Of a DNA stretch of 64,000 bases, positions 17,486-27,986 are shown in pieces. The notes under the pieces are model-generated. The model ran no database searches and was not told the DNA's origin. It saw only the letters and a list, made by a program, of their open reading frames with translations. Position numbers and translations under genes: made by a program. Position 1 is the stretch's first letter. Each line of letters begins with the position of its first letter. Location of the stretch: IMG/VR virus record IMGVR_UViG_3300020195_000027, positions 2,818 through 66,817 of that record. One strand, 5' to 3'. Source of the stretch: a virus.

Positions 17486-20400
17486 GTGGGAGACGTTCGA
17501 GTCAAGATTGAAGCCGAAGACGATTTAAGCCCAGCGGTTTTGAAAGCCATTGAGTCGCTTAAAAGATTTGAGGCATCCACTAAAAGCGCATTTGGCAATG
17601 TCACAAAAGCGACCGAAAGTGCTGCAAAATCTACACAACAATTAAACGAAAAAATCGAAACCACCCAAGGGTTGTCCGTGGGATTAAAAAAACTAGGAAA
17701 CGAAGCCAAGTCTGTAGAGACCGATTTCGCTTTTTTTGGTGGTGCATCCGTTGGTCTATTCGCTCTGGAAAAGACATTTGGAATTTTAACTATAGCGGTA
17801 CAAAAAACCTCAGCGGCGGCTGCTGCATTTTCAAACAGAGCGGCTGCGATTTCTCCAGATATTGGTAAAGTTGGCGCAGCGTTAAGGGGCACATCCTTAG
17901 ATACTGCGAGCATGATGCGGTTCATGGATGTGGCAAAACAAAGCCTAAATGGATTTGCCGCCTCTGCTTCCCAAGCTATAGCTCAAGGACTTACGCCTCT
18001 TAAAAACGCATTGGGATCAACCGCGGGCGCATTAAAAGCGATAAACACAGTTACCTTACAGGCTACCGCAATGGCAGTGTCTTTAGGCAAGGTCGCGGTT
18101 CAATCTGTTACGTCTTTTGCTAAATACGAAACCGGACTGGCTGGATTAGTATCAAAATTAGGACTAGCATCTGCGGCGACTGGAATTTTGGCAATCCATA
18201 TGCTGAAATCAGATTCTATTATCGGAAAACTTGCAGGGGTGGGATTGCTTGCCCTAACCGCAGCTTTGGGTGGAGCTATATTTCTAATCCAACATGCTTT
18301 GGTTGCTGTCGGGGGGCTGATAGTTGCTTTGGGTACTGGCCTTGTAAACGCAGCAACAGCCCAAATACAATCATTTGAAAAAGCAGAGATTAAAACTTTA
18401 GCGTTTACTCAGACAATCGTAGCGATGGCGGCGAGCGCGGAAGAGGGGTCCAACAGTTTACAAAAATGGAACACATTCCTTGGTGAAATGTCGTCAAAGA
18501 CCGGAGAAACCCAAGCAAATCTTCAGGTAATCACAGCGGAATTTATAGGAGCCACAAAAGCTCTTGGGTTTACCGATGATGTTCAAAAAAGATTAATCAG
18601 TTCGACTGTTGACGTTGCTTCAAAATTCAAATTGAATCTTGTGGACGCTGCTCAACAGGTTTTAGGGGTTATCAATGGGAACTCACAGAGTTTTCTAGCC
18701 CTAAACCTTCACATGAAGGATTCTGAAGTCGGCGCAAGCAAAGCTGGCGGTGCATTTAAGGACACTTTTTCAAAAATGGAGGATGGTAATAAAACTGCCG
18801 TTCGTACCAATGTACTCTTCGAGAAATTAGGCAAGACAGGAACCACAGGATTTGCCATAGCTGCGGCTGATACCTATTCCAGATCACTAGAAATTCAAAA
18901 AAATGCTCAAGACCAACTTAACTCAGAGTTGGGTAGAGGGGCCAGGTTAATCGAAGGGCAAGTAATCTTTGGATTAGCGGAGGCGACTAGGTGGTTTACG
19001 GAAATGACCAAGCCTTTGTTGCCACTTGTGGGGTTCTTAGAGGCATTATTTGGTAGATTATTACAGGGTGTTGGAACAATCGCTCAACACGCAGTTCAGA
19101 TTTCGTTATTGATAGCCGTATATAAAACACTTCAAACAGTTTTGGGGGGAAAGTTCTTTCAAGAATTAATCACAAAACAAATACCGGTGATGAACAAAAG
19201 TTTCGTTCAGCTTGCGTCTCAATTGGGGGCGACTAATGTCAGCTTTAAATCATTAGGAGACGTTGGAAAATCATCACTTCAAATAGTCAAAGCTCAAGCC
19301 GTGGGAGCAATAGGTGGTTTAACGGGAGTCAAGGTTGCTGGTCAGTCTGCAATGAGGGCAATGATGGCGATAACCTCGGCTGCGGCTCCTTGGCTTGCAA
19401 TAGCGGCAGCGGTGTTTATTTTGGTTAAAGCCGTTCAGTTTATTGAAGAGGAAACAGGAATATTCTCAGAAATTTGGGGTCAACTTGTTGGTGTCTTCAA
19501 TGAAACGTCGGCGGCACTGTCTTTTTTAGGCCCGATCTTTCAAAGAATAGCAAATTTATTTCAAGGAGCATTGTCTGGATCTATAAGAATTGTTGCCGGT
19601 TTATTAACCTCCCTAGCTTCTGGCTTTATTGTTTTTGCACTAACCGCCGCCAAAGCTACAAACGCATTAGCTGGACTCGCAGGCAAAACATTAATTGCAA
19701 AGGAAACCATTCAGTCATTAGAGCAAGCGTATTTAAAAACAAACGAAGCCGCTGGAAAATTTGCGGCACAGGGTATAGCAAATGTTGGGAGTGGTATTGC
19801 AGGAACATTCAAAACTGCCGATAGGGCATTGGCTTCAAACCAAGATGCTTGGAAAAACTCCACCGCTGCCGTAACCAAAGCAGTAGAAGAGCAAAAGAAA
19901 AAAGTAGATGAGCTTAAAAAGGTTTTGGGAGCCTTCGGAGGAGTTGGGGGACAAGCAGAATTAACAGCACAACTTCAAATGGTTCAAATAACCGAAGACG
20001 AGAAAAGAAAAATCATTGTTGATGGTCAAAAATCTGGAACTATTGATGCAAAATTAGCTCAAGACGGTTTACTCGCAATAAGAAGAGAATCAATCACAAA
20101 ACAATTAGAACTAGAGGCTGCGTTTGCACAGCAAAAAGCTGATATATTAGCAAAGGATGTTCAATCTGGGGGCGATTCTCCCGAAACAGCACTACAATCT
20201 AAGTTTGCTGCTCAAGCTGCGGCTGAAAGCGCAAATCAAGCAAGGGCAGCGCAATTCAGAGGCCAAGAAATAACCGCACAGCAAGCTCATGACCAAGCAT
20301 TAACAGCACTGGCTGCTCAGGGAATAACTCAGAGGACAGTGATTGAGCAATCATTAATGCAGCAAAGAGCCGACCTATTGGGAATATCAGATGCCGGACT

Positions 20401-21241
20401 CCAGGAAAAATTAGCTCAAGAGGAAGAGAGATTTCAGTTAGAGCTTGAGCAAACAAAGATGCGATCAGAGCAGATTTTACTGACAGATGCCGAAAAGAAA
20501 ACGGCTATAGAAGAGGCTGAGTTAAATCATCAGGCCAACATGGAAACTATTAAGCAGGAAAATCTTGAAAAGGACATACAAAGAAACGAGACGTTAGGAA
20601 ATAATAACGCCGCTTTTATGAAAAGATTAGAATTGTCTCAACGTAAACACGGTGCGGTAATGGGAACTTTAAAAGCAGCTCAGGCTTCCGCAGAATTTGG
20701 AGCATTACAACAAGGGTTAGGCGCAGCATCAGAATTGATGGCATCAGAAAATAAGACGCAGTTCAAAATTGGGAAGGCTGCCGCGACTAGCCAAGCCCTA
20801 ATAAATACCTTTTTAGCTGCAACAGGAGCTTTTGCGTCATTATCTAGTATACCAATTGTTGGCCCATTTTTGGCAATTGCCGCCGCTGCGGCGATAACTG
20901 CAGCCGGTATGCTTCGAGTCAAACAAATTAAAAATACGCCACTTCCTGGCGGTCAGGCCGATGATGGTATGACTGAGATTCCAAAAAGTCTCACCGGAAG
21001 ATCGTTTATTATGGATGGTGGAGAACGCGTTATCAAATCCAGACAAAATAAAGACTTAACAGAAGCATTGTCAAAAATTAATTCTGGGGATTCTAATAAA
21101 ACAAATAACATAAGCATTAATGTTCAGGGTAATGCTACCCAAGACACGGTGCGAGACATAAGAGAAACTATTATTGACGTGATACGTCAAGAGTCTGAGA
21201 GAGGAAAGCCGGTAATTTCTTCTCGTGGGGTGACTGGATGA
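17486..21241 (+). CDS. Tape measure protein
   Basis: 1251 aa, Ala/Gly-rich and helical; N-terminus VRVKIEAEDDLS, C-terminal GERVI motif. Confidence 0.92.
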   Translation: MGDVRVKIEAEDDLSPAVLKAIESLKRFEASTKSAFGNVTKATESAAKSTQQLNEKIETTQGLSVGLKKLGNEAKSVETDFAFFGGASVGLFALEKTFGILTIAVQKTSAAAAAFSNRAAAISPDIGKVGAALRGTSLDTASMMRFMDVAKQSLNGFAASASQAIAQGLTPLKNALGSTAGALKAINTVTLQATAMAVSLGKVAVQSVTSFAKYETGLAGLVSKLGLASAATGILAIHMLKSDSIIGKLAGVGLLALTAALGGAIFLIQHALVAVGGLIVALGTGLVNAATAQIQSFEKAEIKTLAFTQTIVAMAASAEEGSNSLQKWNTFLGEMSSKTGETQANLQVITAEFIGATKALGFTDDVQKRLISSTVDVASKFKLNLVDAAQQVLGVINGNSQSFLALNLHMKDSEVGASKAGGAFKDTFSKMEDGNKTAVRTNVLFEKLGKTGTTGFAIAAADTYSRSLEIQKNAQDQLNSELGRGARLIEGQVIFGLAEATRWFTEMTKPLLPLVGFLEALFGRLLQGVGTIAQHAVQISLLIAVYKTLQTVLGGKFFQELITKQIPVMNKSFVQLASQLGATNVSFKSLGDVGKSSLQIVKAQAVGAIGGLTGVKVAGQSAMRAMMAITSAAAPWLAIAAAVFILVKAVQFIEEETGIFSEIWGQLVGVFNETSAALSFLGPIFQRIANLFQGALSGSIRIVAGLLTSLASGFIVFALTAAKATNALAGLAGKTLIAKETIQSLEQAYLKTNEAAGKFAAQGIANVGSGIAGTFKTADRALASNQDAWKNSTAAVTKAVEEQKKKVDELKKVLGAFGGVGGQAELTAQLQMVQITEDEKRKIIVDGQKSGTIDAKLAQDGLLAIRRESITKQLELEAAFAQQKADILAKDVQSGGDSPETALQSKFAAQAAAESANQARAAQFRGQEITAQQAHDQALTALAAQGITQRTVIEQSLMQQRADLLGISDAGLQEKLAQEEERFQLELEQTKMRSEQILLTDAEKKTAIEEAELNHQANMETIKQENLEKDIQRNETLGNNNAAFMKRLELSQRKHGAVMGTLKAAQASAEFGALQQGLGAASELMASENKTQFKIGKAAATSQALINTFLAATGAFASLSSIPIVGPFLAIAAAAAITAAGMLRVKQIKNTPLPGGQADDGMTEIPKSLTGRSFIMDGGERVIKSRQNKDLTEALSKINSGDSNKTNNISINVQGNATQDTVRDIRETIIDVIRQESERGKPVISSRGVTG

Positions 21242-22050
21242 GCGCGAACACTCAGGGAATAAGTTTTCTTCACAGATTTGACCTTGGAAACAGGGACTTA
21301 GTAGATCCGGGGTCCAATATACTCTACGTTAGCTCAACCGCTGTCGGTGATTTTGACAAGGCTAATCTAACCACAGAATCCGTTAGAAATGTTTGGAGAT
21401 CCGCGGATATTTTAACAGAACAAGAAATAATAATAAGGGCAGAATTGCCTTCAATAATAGACACCTTTTCCATAATAGGACACAATCTAACGCCAATAGC
21501 CGTAGTTAGGCTAGAGGCTAACACGTCGAACAATTTCGTAGCTCCTCCGGTTCAGGTTGTTATTCCGTGGGCAAAACACACGATGGTAATGACGCAGAAT
21601 CTTGGTCAAACATACGAGTATTATAGGCTAAGAATTTTAGATCCTGCAAATCCGTGTGGATATATTGAGGTAGGCAGAACTATCGGGGGGCGAGCTTTTA
21701 CATTCACTAATAACGAGGACATGGAAGATGATTTCGATATTGCAAAAGACGATAATTCAGAAAGAATGAAGTCCGAGGGATTCTTTAGGGTGTCGGCTGA
21801 AAGAGTTAAAGCCAAATCTTTGAGATTTAGGTTCTCTAAAATAAGAACAGATGCTCCCAATGACGACAATTACAACGGTCTTGAGGATTTATTCGACCAC
21901 GTAGGAATAACAAAACCATTTTTGACAATAATAGATAGGAACGATCCTACTTTTAACCCCATTTGGGGCCAAATGGACAGAATACCAGGATTCGCATACA
22001 CGGTGAATAGGTTTGCTTCGACAAGCATGACTGTCCAAGAGGTATTTTAG
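21238..22050 (+). CDS. Putative distal tail protein
   Basis: Directly follows the tape measure; IIGHNL and YYRLRI.D......YIEVGR pattern. Confidence 0.6.
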   Translation: MSANTQGISFLHRFDLGNRDLVDPGSNILYVSSTAVGDFDKANLTTESVRNVWRSADILTEQEIIIRAELPSIIDTFSIIGHNLTPIAVVRLEANTSNNFVAPPVQVVIPWAKHTMVMTQNLGQTYEYYRLRILDPANPCGYIEVGRTIGGRAFTFTNNEDMEDDFDIAKDDNSERMKSEGFFRVSAERVKAKSLRFRFSKIRTDAPNDDNYNGLEDLFDHVGITKPFLTIIDRNDPTFNPIWGQMDRIPGFAYTVNRFASTSMTVQEVF

Positions 22051-22067
22051 AGTAAATAAAGGATAGG

Positions 22068-24611
22068 ATGAGCCAGGCCATATTTTTTAACCCATTCGTT
22101 TCGTCTGCACCAATCCTAGTAGGGGCTGGTAACGGCACACTTACGGTTAATAGGTTAACACACTTCACCGTAACCCAGACATATACCGCGGTGTGTACCG
22201 CCATTGCGCCATTCGTCGTGTTTCAGGTTATCGGATCTCTTGACGGTCCCGTAGGTGTTGCTCAAGTAGGGCAGGAATTTTCAGACGAAGACTTAAAAAT
22301 ATTCTTTACGATTAATCAGGGGCCAACGCTTTTCGATATTGGGGACACGTTCACACTATCTGTTACGCAAGGCACCGATGTAGAGCAGTTAAACATAGAT
22401 TTATACGATGAGTTACCACAAAAGAATTTCGGTGACGGTGTAATTGGGGATTTCAAGGGCGATCACAACGTGAGATTTGAGAATCTCAACAACGAAGCCG
22501 AAAGAACCATACAAGATTTGACGTTTACCTCTCTATTAGACAATGAAGAGGGTAACGGAATCCTTATCAGGTACGCAAATGCTCCTGGAAACGTCAACGC
22601 TACGTTAATTTTGCAAGACCTAACCTACGAGGCGGTCGCAACAGGGACTCCTGGAAACGCCATTACGGTTGAATACGAGGATTATGATCCAGCGGTCAAC
22701 GCGACGGTAACAATTCAAGACTTGTTGTATGCTGCTAGCAACGCGGGAGCAGATGGAAACAATATTTCTATCGAATACACTACGGGAGCAACGGCTGGAC
22801 TTGAAGTTGTAGTCGTAACGGTTGACGCTATATCGATTCAAATTGAAGCAGGAGTATCAACTGCCGATCAAATAAAAACAGCAATTCAAACAACTCCCGC
22901 AGCCATCGCTTTAGTAACGCCATTCACAGCGGGAACAGGATTAGAAACTCAAACGGCTCCAGAGGGTCCTACATTTTTGTCAGGTGGCCTTGATGCGGTA
23001 GGCGATGCTGGGAATGAAGTCGTAACGGTAGTTTTAGATGCGATAAAAGTAAAACTTCAAACAGGAGTATCAGCAGCAACACAAGTAAAGGCTGCGCTTG
23101 ACGCAAGTGTTCCTGCTTCGGCCATAGTTACTGCCACAATAAGCGGAGTTGGGCCTAATGCTCAAACCGCTCCAGTAGTTCCAACTAATTTAGCCGGCGG
23201 TGTAACGGGCAGCGGCGGTCCGGGGTTTGAAATAGTCACTGTTAATGGGACTTACATATTGGTTGAGTTCCAATCATTAGCATCTAACGCAACACAAATA
23301 AAAACAGCAATTGCCGCTAACGTAGATGCTGCGGCAATTGTAGCTATAGACATTAGTGGGACGGCTTCAGATCCACAGTCCGCTCCAGCGATTAGATTCC
23401 TTAGAAGTGGATCACCAGTAGATTATTTTTCGTTTAACAAACGAGAGTTAAGCGTTCCTCTAGAGTTTTACGAAGGTAACGCCAATTTATTAGGCAACAA
23501 AGGGATATTTCAAAGCGATATTTGGGGATTTGGAAACACTACTCTTCGGGGAATTGTTAAACTCGACGACATTAGGTCGGTAGATAACATTTCGGGCGAT
23601 CCGATATATAATCTTCAAAAAGAAACAAACATATTAATACAGTTCAAATCACAGCTTCAGATCACTTTAGACGAAATAAACCCCAAGAGGGTTAAACTAT
23701 CGGGTGCTGACATCGAGTTACTTGATGGCAGGATCCTGAGACAAGAGATTTCAAAAAAGATCATGAAGTTCGAGGGTGCCGTCATTGATTTGGAGACAGG
23801 TGATGTTTTCGAGTCGGACGGCATAACTCCATACCCCGATAGCTTCTTGCCATCTGCAATTCCAATTGCAAATTATGGCTGGTATTCAATTGGTCTAATT
23901 CCAGACATTGCTGATTCCGAAAACAGAATGACCGTAAAGGTCAGGGTTGAGCCGGCAATCGGATTTAACGTAACAAGTGAGTCGGCTCCAAGAGCTAACT
24001 TTGTTGGATCCAAACCAATCGGTGAGGTTTTCGTACAGTCTGATGGTGTAACAATCGAAAACTTACTAGAAGAGAACATTTCTCAAATGGGATTTGGTGC
24101 TGGTGGTGGCGGTGGGGTAGGTTATCAAGAAATCCCGACGGGTTTGGTAAACGGACTCAATGATACTTTCGCATTAACAAAAGTTCCAAGCGATAATAAT
24201 TCGGTTCTATTGTTTATAGACTTTGTAGCAGTAGACAGGGCTGCTTATAATCTTTTAAATCAAGTAATAACAATCACTGATCCAACTTGGGTTCCCCAAA
24301 TTGGGCAGCAAATGTATGCCTTCTATCTTATTGATGGATCTGGTGGCGGTGGCGGGCCAGCTCCTACGGGAACAGAGTATGTAGAATATAGAACATTAAC
24401 GGCTCCAGAGGCGACGGCAAAACAATTAGTATTAGCTGCCACTCCCGCGTCTATTTTAAAGGTCAAGGTCGATATAATCGGCGGGACTTCTCAGGAGTTT
24501 GGAATTGATTTTACGGTAATTGGTAATGTTTTAGGTTGGAATGGGTTGGGAATGGATTTACAAGGAATTGCATTAACAGGTGATAAACTAAGAGTAACGT
24601 ACTTTAACTAA
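22068..24611 (+). CDS. Large tail-associated structural protein with nested repeated domains
   Basis: Three QDL-x-Y/F N-halves followed by three EV/IV..A.Q.K.A C-halves; C-terminal QEIPTG and GIDFTV modules. Confidence 0.7.
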   Translation: MSQAIFFNPFVSSAPILVGAGNGTLTVNRLTHFTVTQTYTAVCTAIAPFVVFQVIGSLDGPVGVAQVGQEFSDEDLKIFFTINQGPTLFDIGDTFTLSVTQGTDVEQLNIDLYDELPQKNFGDGVIGDFKGDHNVRFENLNNEAERTIQDLTFTSLLDNEEGNGILIRYANAPGNVNATLILQDLTYEAVATGTPGNAITVEYEDYDPAVNATVTIQDLLYAASNAGADGNNISIEYTTGATAGLEVVVVTVDAISIQIEAGVSTADQIKTAIQTTPAAIALVTPFTAGTGLETQTAPEGPTFLSGGLDAVGDAGNEVVTVVLDAIKVKLQTGVSAATQVKAALDASVPASAIVTATISGVGPNAQTAPVVPTNLAGGVTGSGGPGFEIVTVNGTYILVEFQSLASNATQIKTAIAANVDAAAIVAIDISGTASDPQSAPAIRFLRSGSPVDYFSFNKRELSVPLEFYEGNANLLGNKGIFQSDIWGFGNTTLRGIVKLDDIRSVDNISGDPIYNLQKETNILIQFKSQLQITLDEINPKRVKLSGADIELLDGRILRQEISKKIMKFEGAVIDLETGDVFESDGITPYPDSFLPSAIPIANYGWYSIGLIPDIADSENRMTVKVRVEPAIGFNVTSESAPRANFVGSKPIGEVFVQSDGVTIENLLEENISQMGFGAGGGGGVGYQEIPTGLVNGLNDTFALTKVPSDNNSVLLFIDFVAVDRAAYNLLNQVITITDPTWVPQIGQQMYAFYLIDGSGGGGGPAPTGTEYVEYRTLTAPEATAKQLVLAATPASILKVKVDIIGGTSQEFGIDFTVIGNVLGWNGLGMDLQGIALTGDKLRVTYFN

Positions 24612-24623
24612 CAGGGAGAACAA

Positions 24624-25520
24624 ATGGCACAGATTAATAAACGTAACATACTAGACAACGCGGTCGGGGCTGCAAAAATAAGAATAGAAAACAATGCCTT
24701 TCTAAGAGCTAGAAATTTCGCTGATTCGGCTGATGTAAACATCGCAAAAGTCAATGCGTCTAACGTAATTGAATTTGCAAGTTTACCTCAAGCTGCGGGA
24801 ACTCCAGCGGCAAACAGCGACTTAGTAAACTACAGCTTTTTACAATCCTTCGTAGCTGGAATGAGAGATCCAAAAGATGCGGTTCAGTTAGCAACTGCGG
24901 CTGCACTACCAGCTTTTACTGCCGCAGGATCGGGCGTAGGAAAGACATTAACTGGAAACGTGAACGGCGCTCTAACGGTGGATGGAGTTTTAACAATAGC
25001 TGGATACAGAGTACTTAATAGAAGTTCTGGAGCCACTCACATTGATAATGGTATTTATGTTGTTACACAAGTTGGGTCTGGTGCTTTACCATTTATATTA
25101 ACAAGAACAACAGACGCAGATGAAAACGCCGAAGTCACAAATGGTCTTTGGACTTGGTCTGTATTTGGAACTGCCAATGCAAGAAAAGGATGGTTGTTAA
25201 ATACTGCCGATCCTATCACTGTTGACACAACTGCTTTAGGATTCGTAGAAATTCCAATCCCAACAGATCAACTTTTTAACAAAGAATCAATCACTCTTGT
25301 TGCTGGTGACATTACAAACCAATATGTAGATTTAGCTCAAGAAACTGTAGCTAATTCTTTAATTCTACAATTCGGTGGAGTGGTACAAATTGAAGGTGTT
25401 GATTACACTTTATCTGTAGTGAGTTCAGTAACAAGAATAACCTTCGCTGGTGACTTGGCAACTGCTGGAGCGTCTGAGCTTATAGCTACTGATATTTTAC
25501 GAGCACAATACGCATATTAA
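24624..25520 (+). CDS. Tail fibre / structural protein
   Basis: KDAVQLATAA, RVL...NGIYVVT...LTR.TDAD fibre-type motif; C-terminal EGVDYT module. Confidence 0.7.
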   Translation: MAQINKRNILDNAVGAAKIRIENNAFLRARNFADSADVNIAKVNASNVIEFASLPQAAGTPAANSDLVNYSFLQSFVAGMRDPKDAVQLATAAALPAFTAAGSGVGKTLTGNVNGALTVDGVLTIAGYRVLNRSSGATHIDNGIYVVTQVGSGALPFILTRTTDADENAEVTNGLWTWSVFGTANARKGWLLNTADPITVDTTALGFVEIPIPTDQLFNKESITLVAGDITNQYVDLAQETVANSLILQFGGVVQIEGVDYTLSVVSSVTRITFAGDLATAGASELIATDILRAQYAY

Positions 25521-25528
25521 GGAATTAA

Positions 25529-25777
25529 ATGAGAGCAATTAGTAGAAACCTAGATTTGATATTCGTTCAGGAAGTTCCTACTGGAACAATCAATGGGTCG
25601 AATGTGACGTTTAGTCTAGGTTTCGCTCCTGCTTTTCCTCTGGGAGTAATGGGTTACTGCGATAGGCTACCCCTTATAAACGGAGTGGACTACACGATAA
25701 GCGGAGTCACTATAACGATGGGTGCGGCTCCAGCTTTGGGACAAGACTTGTTTTTTTCATACATGAGGAGGAACTAA
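25529..25777 (+). CDS. Small single-domain structural protein (QEVPTG module)
   Basis: QEVPTGTINGSNVTFSL...GVDYTISG..ITM..AP. Confidence 0.65.
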   Translation: MRAISRNLDLIFVQEVPTGTINGSNVTFSLGFAPAFPLGVMGYCDRLPLINGVDYTISGVTITMGAAPALGQDLFFSYMRRN

Positions 25778-26610
25778 TGGGCTTAGGTAGAATACAAAAC
25801 GAGGACTTAAAAACAGTCGCCCAACTGATAGCCTCTGGTGCGAGCGCAGCCAGTCTTCCGAATGATGATAAGATTTGGGTTACTGCCAATGGGATTTTAA
25901 AAACTCTAAAGCAAGCAATTGAAGATGGTGATTTAAGCGGTGGCGGTTTAGAAACTTATACCCAAGAAATGCCATCCGGTACCGTTAACGGTGCAAACGT
26001 AACTTTTACTGTTGCAGGAACTCCGTCAGCCGTTAGAAGATATTTTAAAGAAGTTCCTTCAGGCACAGTCAATAGTTCTAATACGGTTTTTACCTTAGCA
26101 AACATTCCAGTATCTAGTTCTTTAAAGTTAACTGTGAATGGTTTGCTAAAAAGATTGACCACTGATTACACTTTGGCAGGTTCTACAGTTACATTTGTTG
26201 TTGCGCCGACTACTGGTTCTAATTTATATGCCGATTATGGAAACGATGATTTAAAAACATTCTATTTATACAGAAACGGTATTTTAGTTCAACAAGGCTC
26301 CGGTTTAACGAAATATACAATTTCAGGATCAACAATTACATTTGGAACCGCGCCTCTTACTGGAACAGATCTTTACTGTGAATATAACACGAACTTCAGA
26401 GAGATACAGGAAGTGCCGAGCGGTACTGTAAATGGAAGTAATGCTGTGTTTATCACAAGCCTATCTCCGGTTGGATCCTCTATAATGAGAGTTTGGTTGG
26501 ATGGGTTAGAACAACGATTAACAACCGATTATACATTCTCAGGAAACACAATCACTTATATGCCTGCACCAAGTATCGGACAATTGCCTTACTGTGGATA
26601 TGAATTTTAA
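25777..26610 (+). CDS. Structural protein with three E-x-PSG modules, one nested
   Basis: The repeated modules are visible; N-terminus is shared with the three Kelch-like proteins. Confidence 0.7.
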   Translation: MGLGRIQNEDLKTVAQLIASGASAASLPNDDKIWVTANGILKTLKQAIEDGDLSGGGLETYTQEMPSGTVNGANVTFTVAGTPSAVRRYFKEVPSGTVNSSNTVFTLANIPVSSSLKLTVNGLLKRLTTDYTLAGSTVTFVVAPTTGSNLYADYGNDDLKTFYLYRNGILVQQGSGLTKYTISGSTITFGTAPLTGTDLYCEYNTNFREIQEVPSGTVNGSNAVFITSLSPVGSSIMRVWLDGLEQRLTTDYTFSGNTITYMPAPSIGQLPYCGYEF

Positions 26611-26622
26611 TAGGAGTATAAG

Positions 26623-27975
26623 ATGAGTTCAAGAATATTACAGGGTAGTGATTTAAAAACGAGCGCGGAAAGCGGCGGCGATGCAAATCTAAATCCAGAT
26701 ACTCAAATTTATGTCACCGGAAACAGTTTGAATAAATTATTTAGTGCCGCCGTTATAGCTCAAGATTTTTCCGCATCAATACCGCAAGTCATCACAAATG
26801 CCGCCACTCCGTACAGCATGACTTCCACAGTCAATAGAGCAGTTTTAAAAAATACAGGAACGGGTATTATCATATATCAGCTTCCCACAGCCGTTGCTGG
26901 AAAAAATTTTACGTTTATACAAGGTGCCGGACAACGAACAGATGAGATCCAAATACTTCCCGAAAGTGGTGCTTCGATCTCTTTAGGTAATAACGTAACG
27001 GTTAACCCCGGTCACGTGAAAATAATAAGACGTGGAGTTCAGGTCACGTTGGTTGCGCTTAATTCTACAACGTGGATTGTGCAAAAAGTAACATCCGTAC
27101 AGCATCAAAAAAATACTTCAATCGGAGTTTCGGATAAAGAACTCTCATTAGTTGGCAGGAATACTTGGGTGGCCAGAGCTACCGGAGGAACCGCCAGGGA
27201 AGAGTTGGCGGGATTTTCACTAAACGGCTACGGATACATTTGTAGCGGGACTACTGGAGCGAATACAAGCGAAGCCAATCAATTTAACGACTCAACCAAT
27301 GCATGGATAGGTAGGGCGGGAGCAGGCACAGCTAGAACAGGACCGGCCGGATTTGCACTAAATGGGTTTGGTTACAATTGCGGCGGTTTCGTTGGAGCGC
27401 AGGTAAGCACAGCAGATCAATTTAACGACTCAACCAATGCTTGGGTTGGCAGAACGGGCATAGGTACAGCTAGATATCTCCTGGCCGGCTTTTCACTAAA
27501 TGGGTACGGTTATGTTTGCAACGGAAATGCTAATACCAATGAAGTTAACCAGCATAATGATTCTGCAAACACGTGGACAATCAGGGCTACTGGAGGAACT
27601 TCCAGACATGGAATCCCGGGGTTCCAACTCAATGGATACGGCTACATTTACGGAGGGTTTGCGGGAGCGAATACAAGCGAAGCCAATCAATACAATGATT
27701 CATCGAACACATGGGTGCTTAGGGCGGGTGCGGGTACAGCCAGAAGCAGATCAGCCGGATTTTCTGTAAACGGATATGGTTATCATTGCAATGGACAGAA
27801 CCCAACAATCACAAACGAAGTTAACCAGTATGATGATTCTACAAACACGTGGATAATCAGGGCTACTGGAGGAACCGCAAGGACTAATCCCGCTGGATTT
27901 TCTGTAAACGGATATGGTTATCTTTGCAACGGGAATACCGGAGCGGTTACAAATGAAGTTAACCAATATAATTAA
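26623..27975 (+). CDS. Kelch-like beta-propeller protein 1, putative receptor-binding/fibre protein
   Basis: About six ~46-aa repeats GFSLNGYGY..G.....NQ(F/Y)NDS.N.W..RA. Confidence 0.75.
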   Translation: MSSRILQGSDLKTSAESGGDANLNPDTQIYVTGNSLNKLFSAAVIAQDFSASIPQVITNAATPYSMTSTVNRAVLKNTGTGIIIYQLPTAVAGKNFTFIQGAGQRTDEIQILPESGASISLGNNVTVNPGHVKIIRRGVQVTLVALNSTTWIVQKVTSVQHQKNTSIGVSDKELSLVGRNTWVARATGGTAREELAGFSLNGYGYICSGTTGANTSEANQFNDSTNAWIGRAGAGTARTGPAGFALNGFGYNCGGFVGAQVSTADQFNDSTNAWVGRTGIGTARYLLAGFSLNGYGYVCNGNANTNEVNQHNDSANTWTIRATGGTSRHGIPGFQLNGYGYIYGGFAGANTSEANQYNDSSNTWVLRAGAGTARSRSAGFSVNGYGYHCNGQNPTITNEVNQYDDSTNTWIIRATGGTARTNPAGFSVNGYGYLCNGNTGAVTNEVNQYN

Positions 27976-27986
27976 AAGGGGAATAA

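Noticed and set aside
17383-17925. 180-aa antisense ORF over the start of the tape measure gene
   Set aside because: Ala-rich mirror of the sense codons with no motif.
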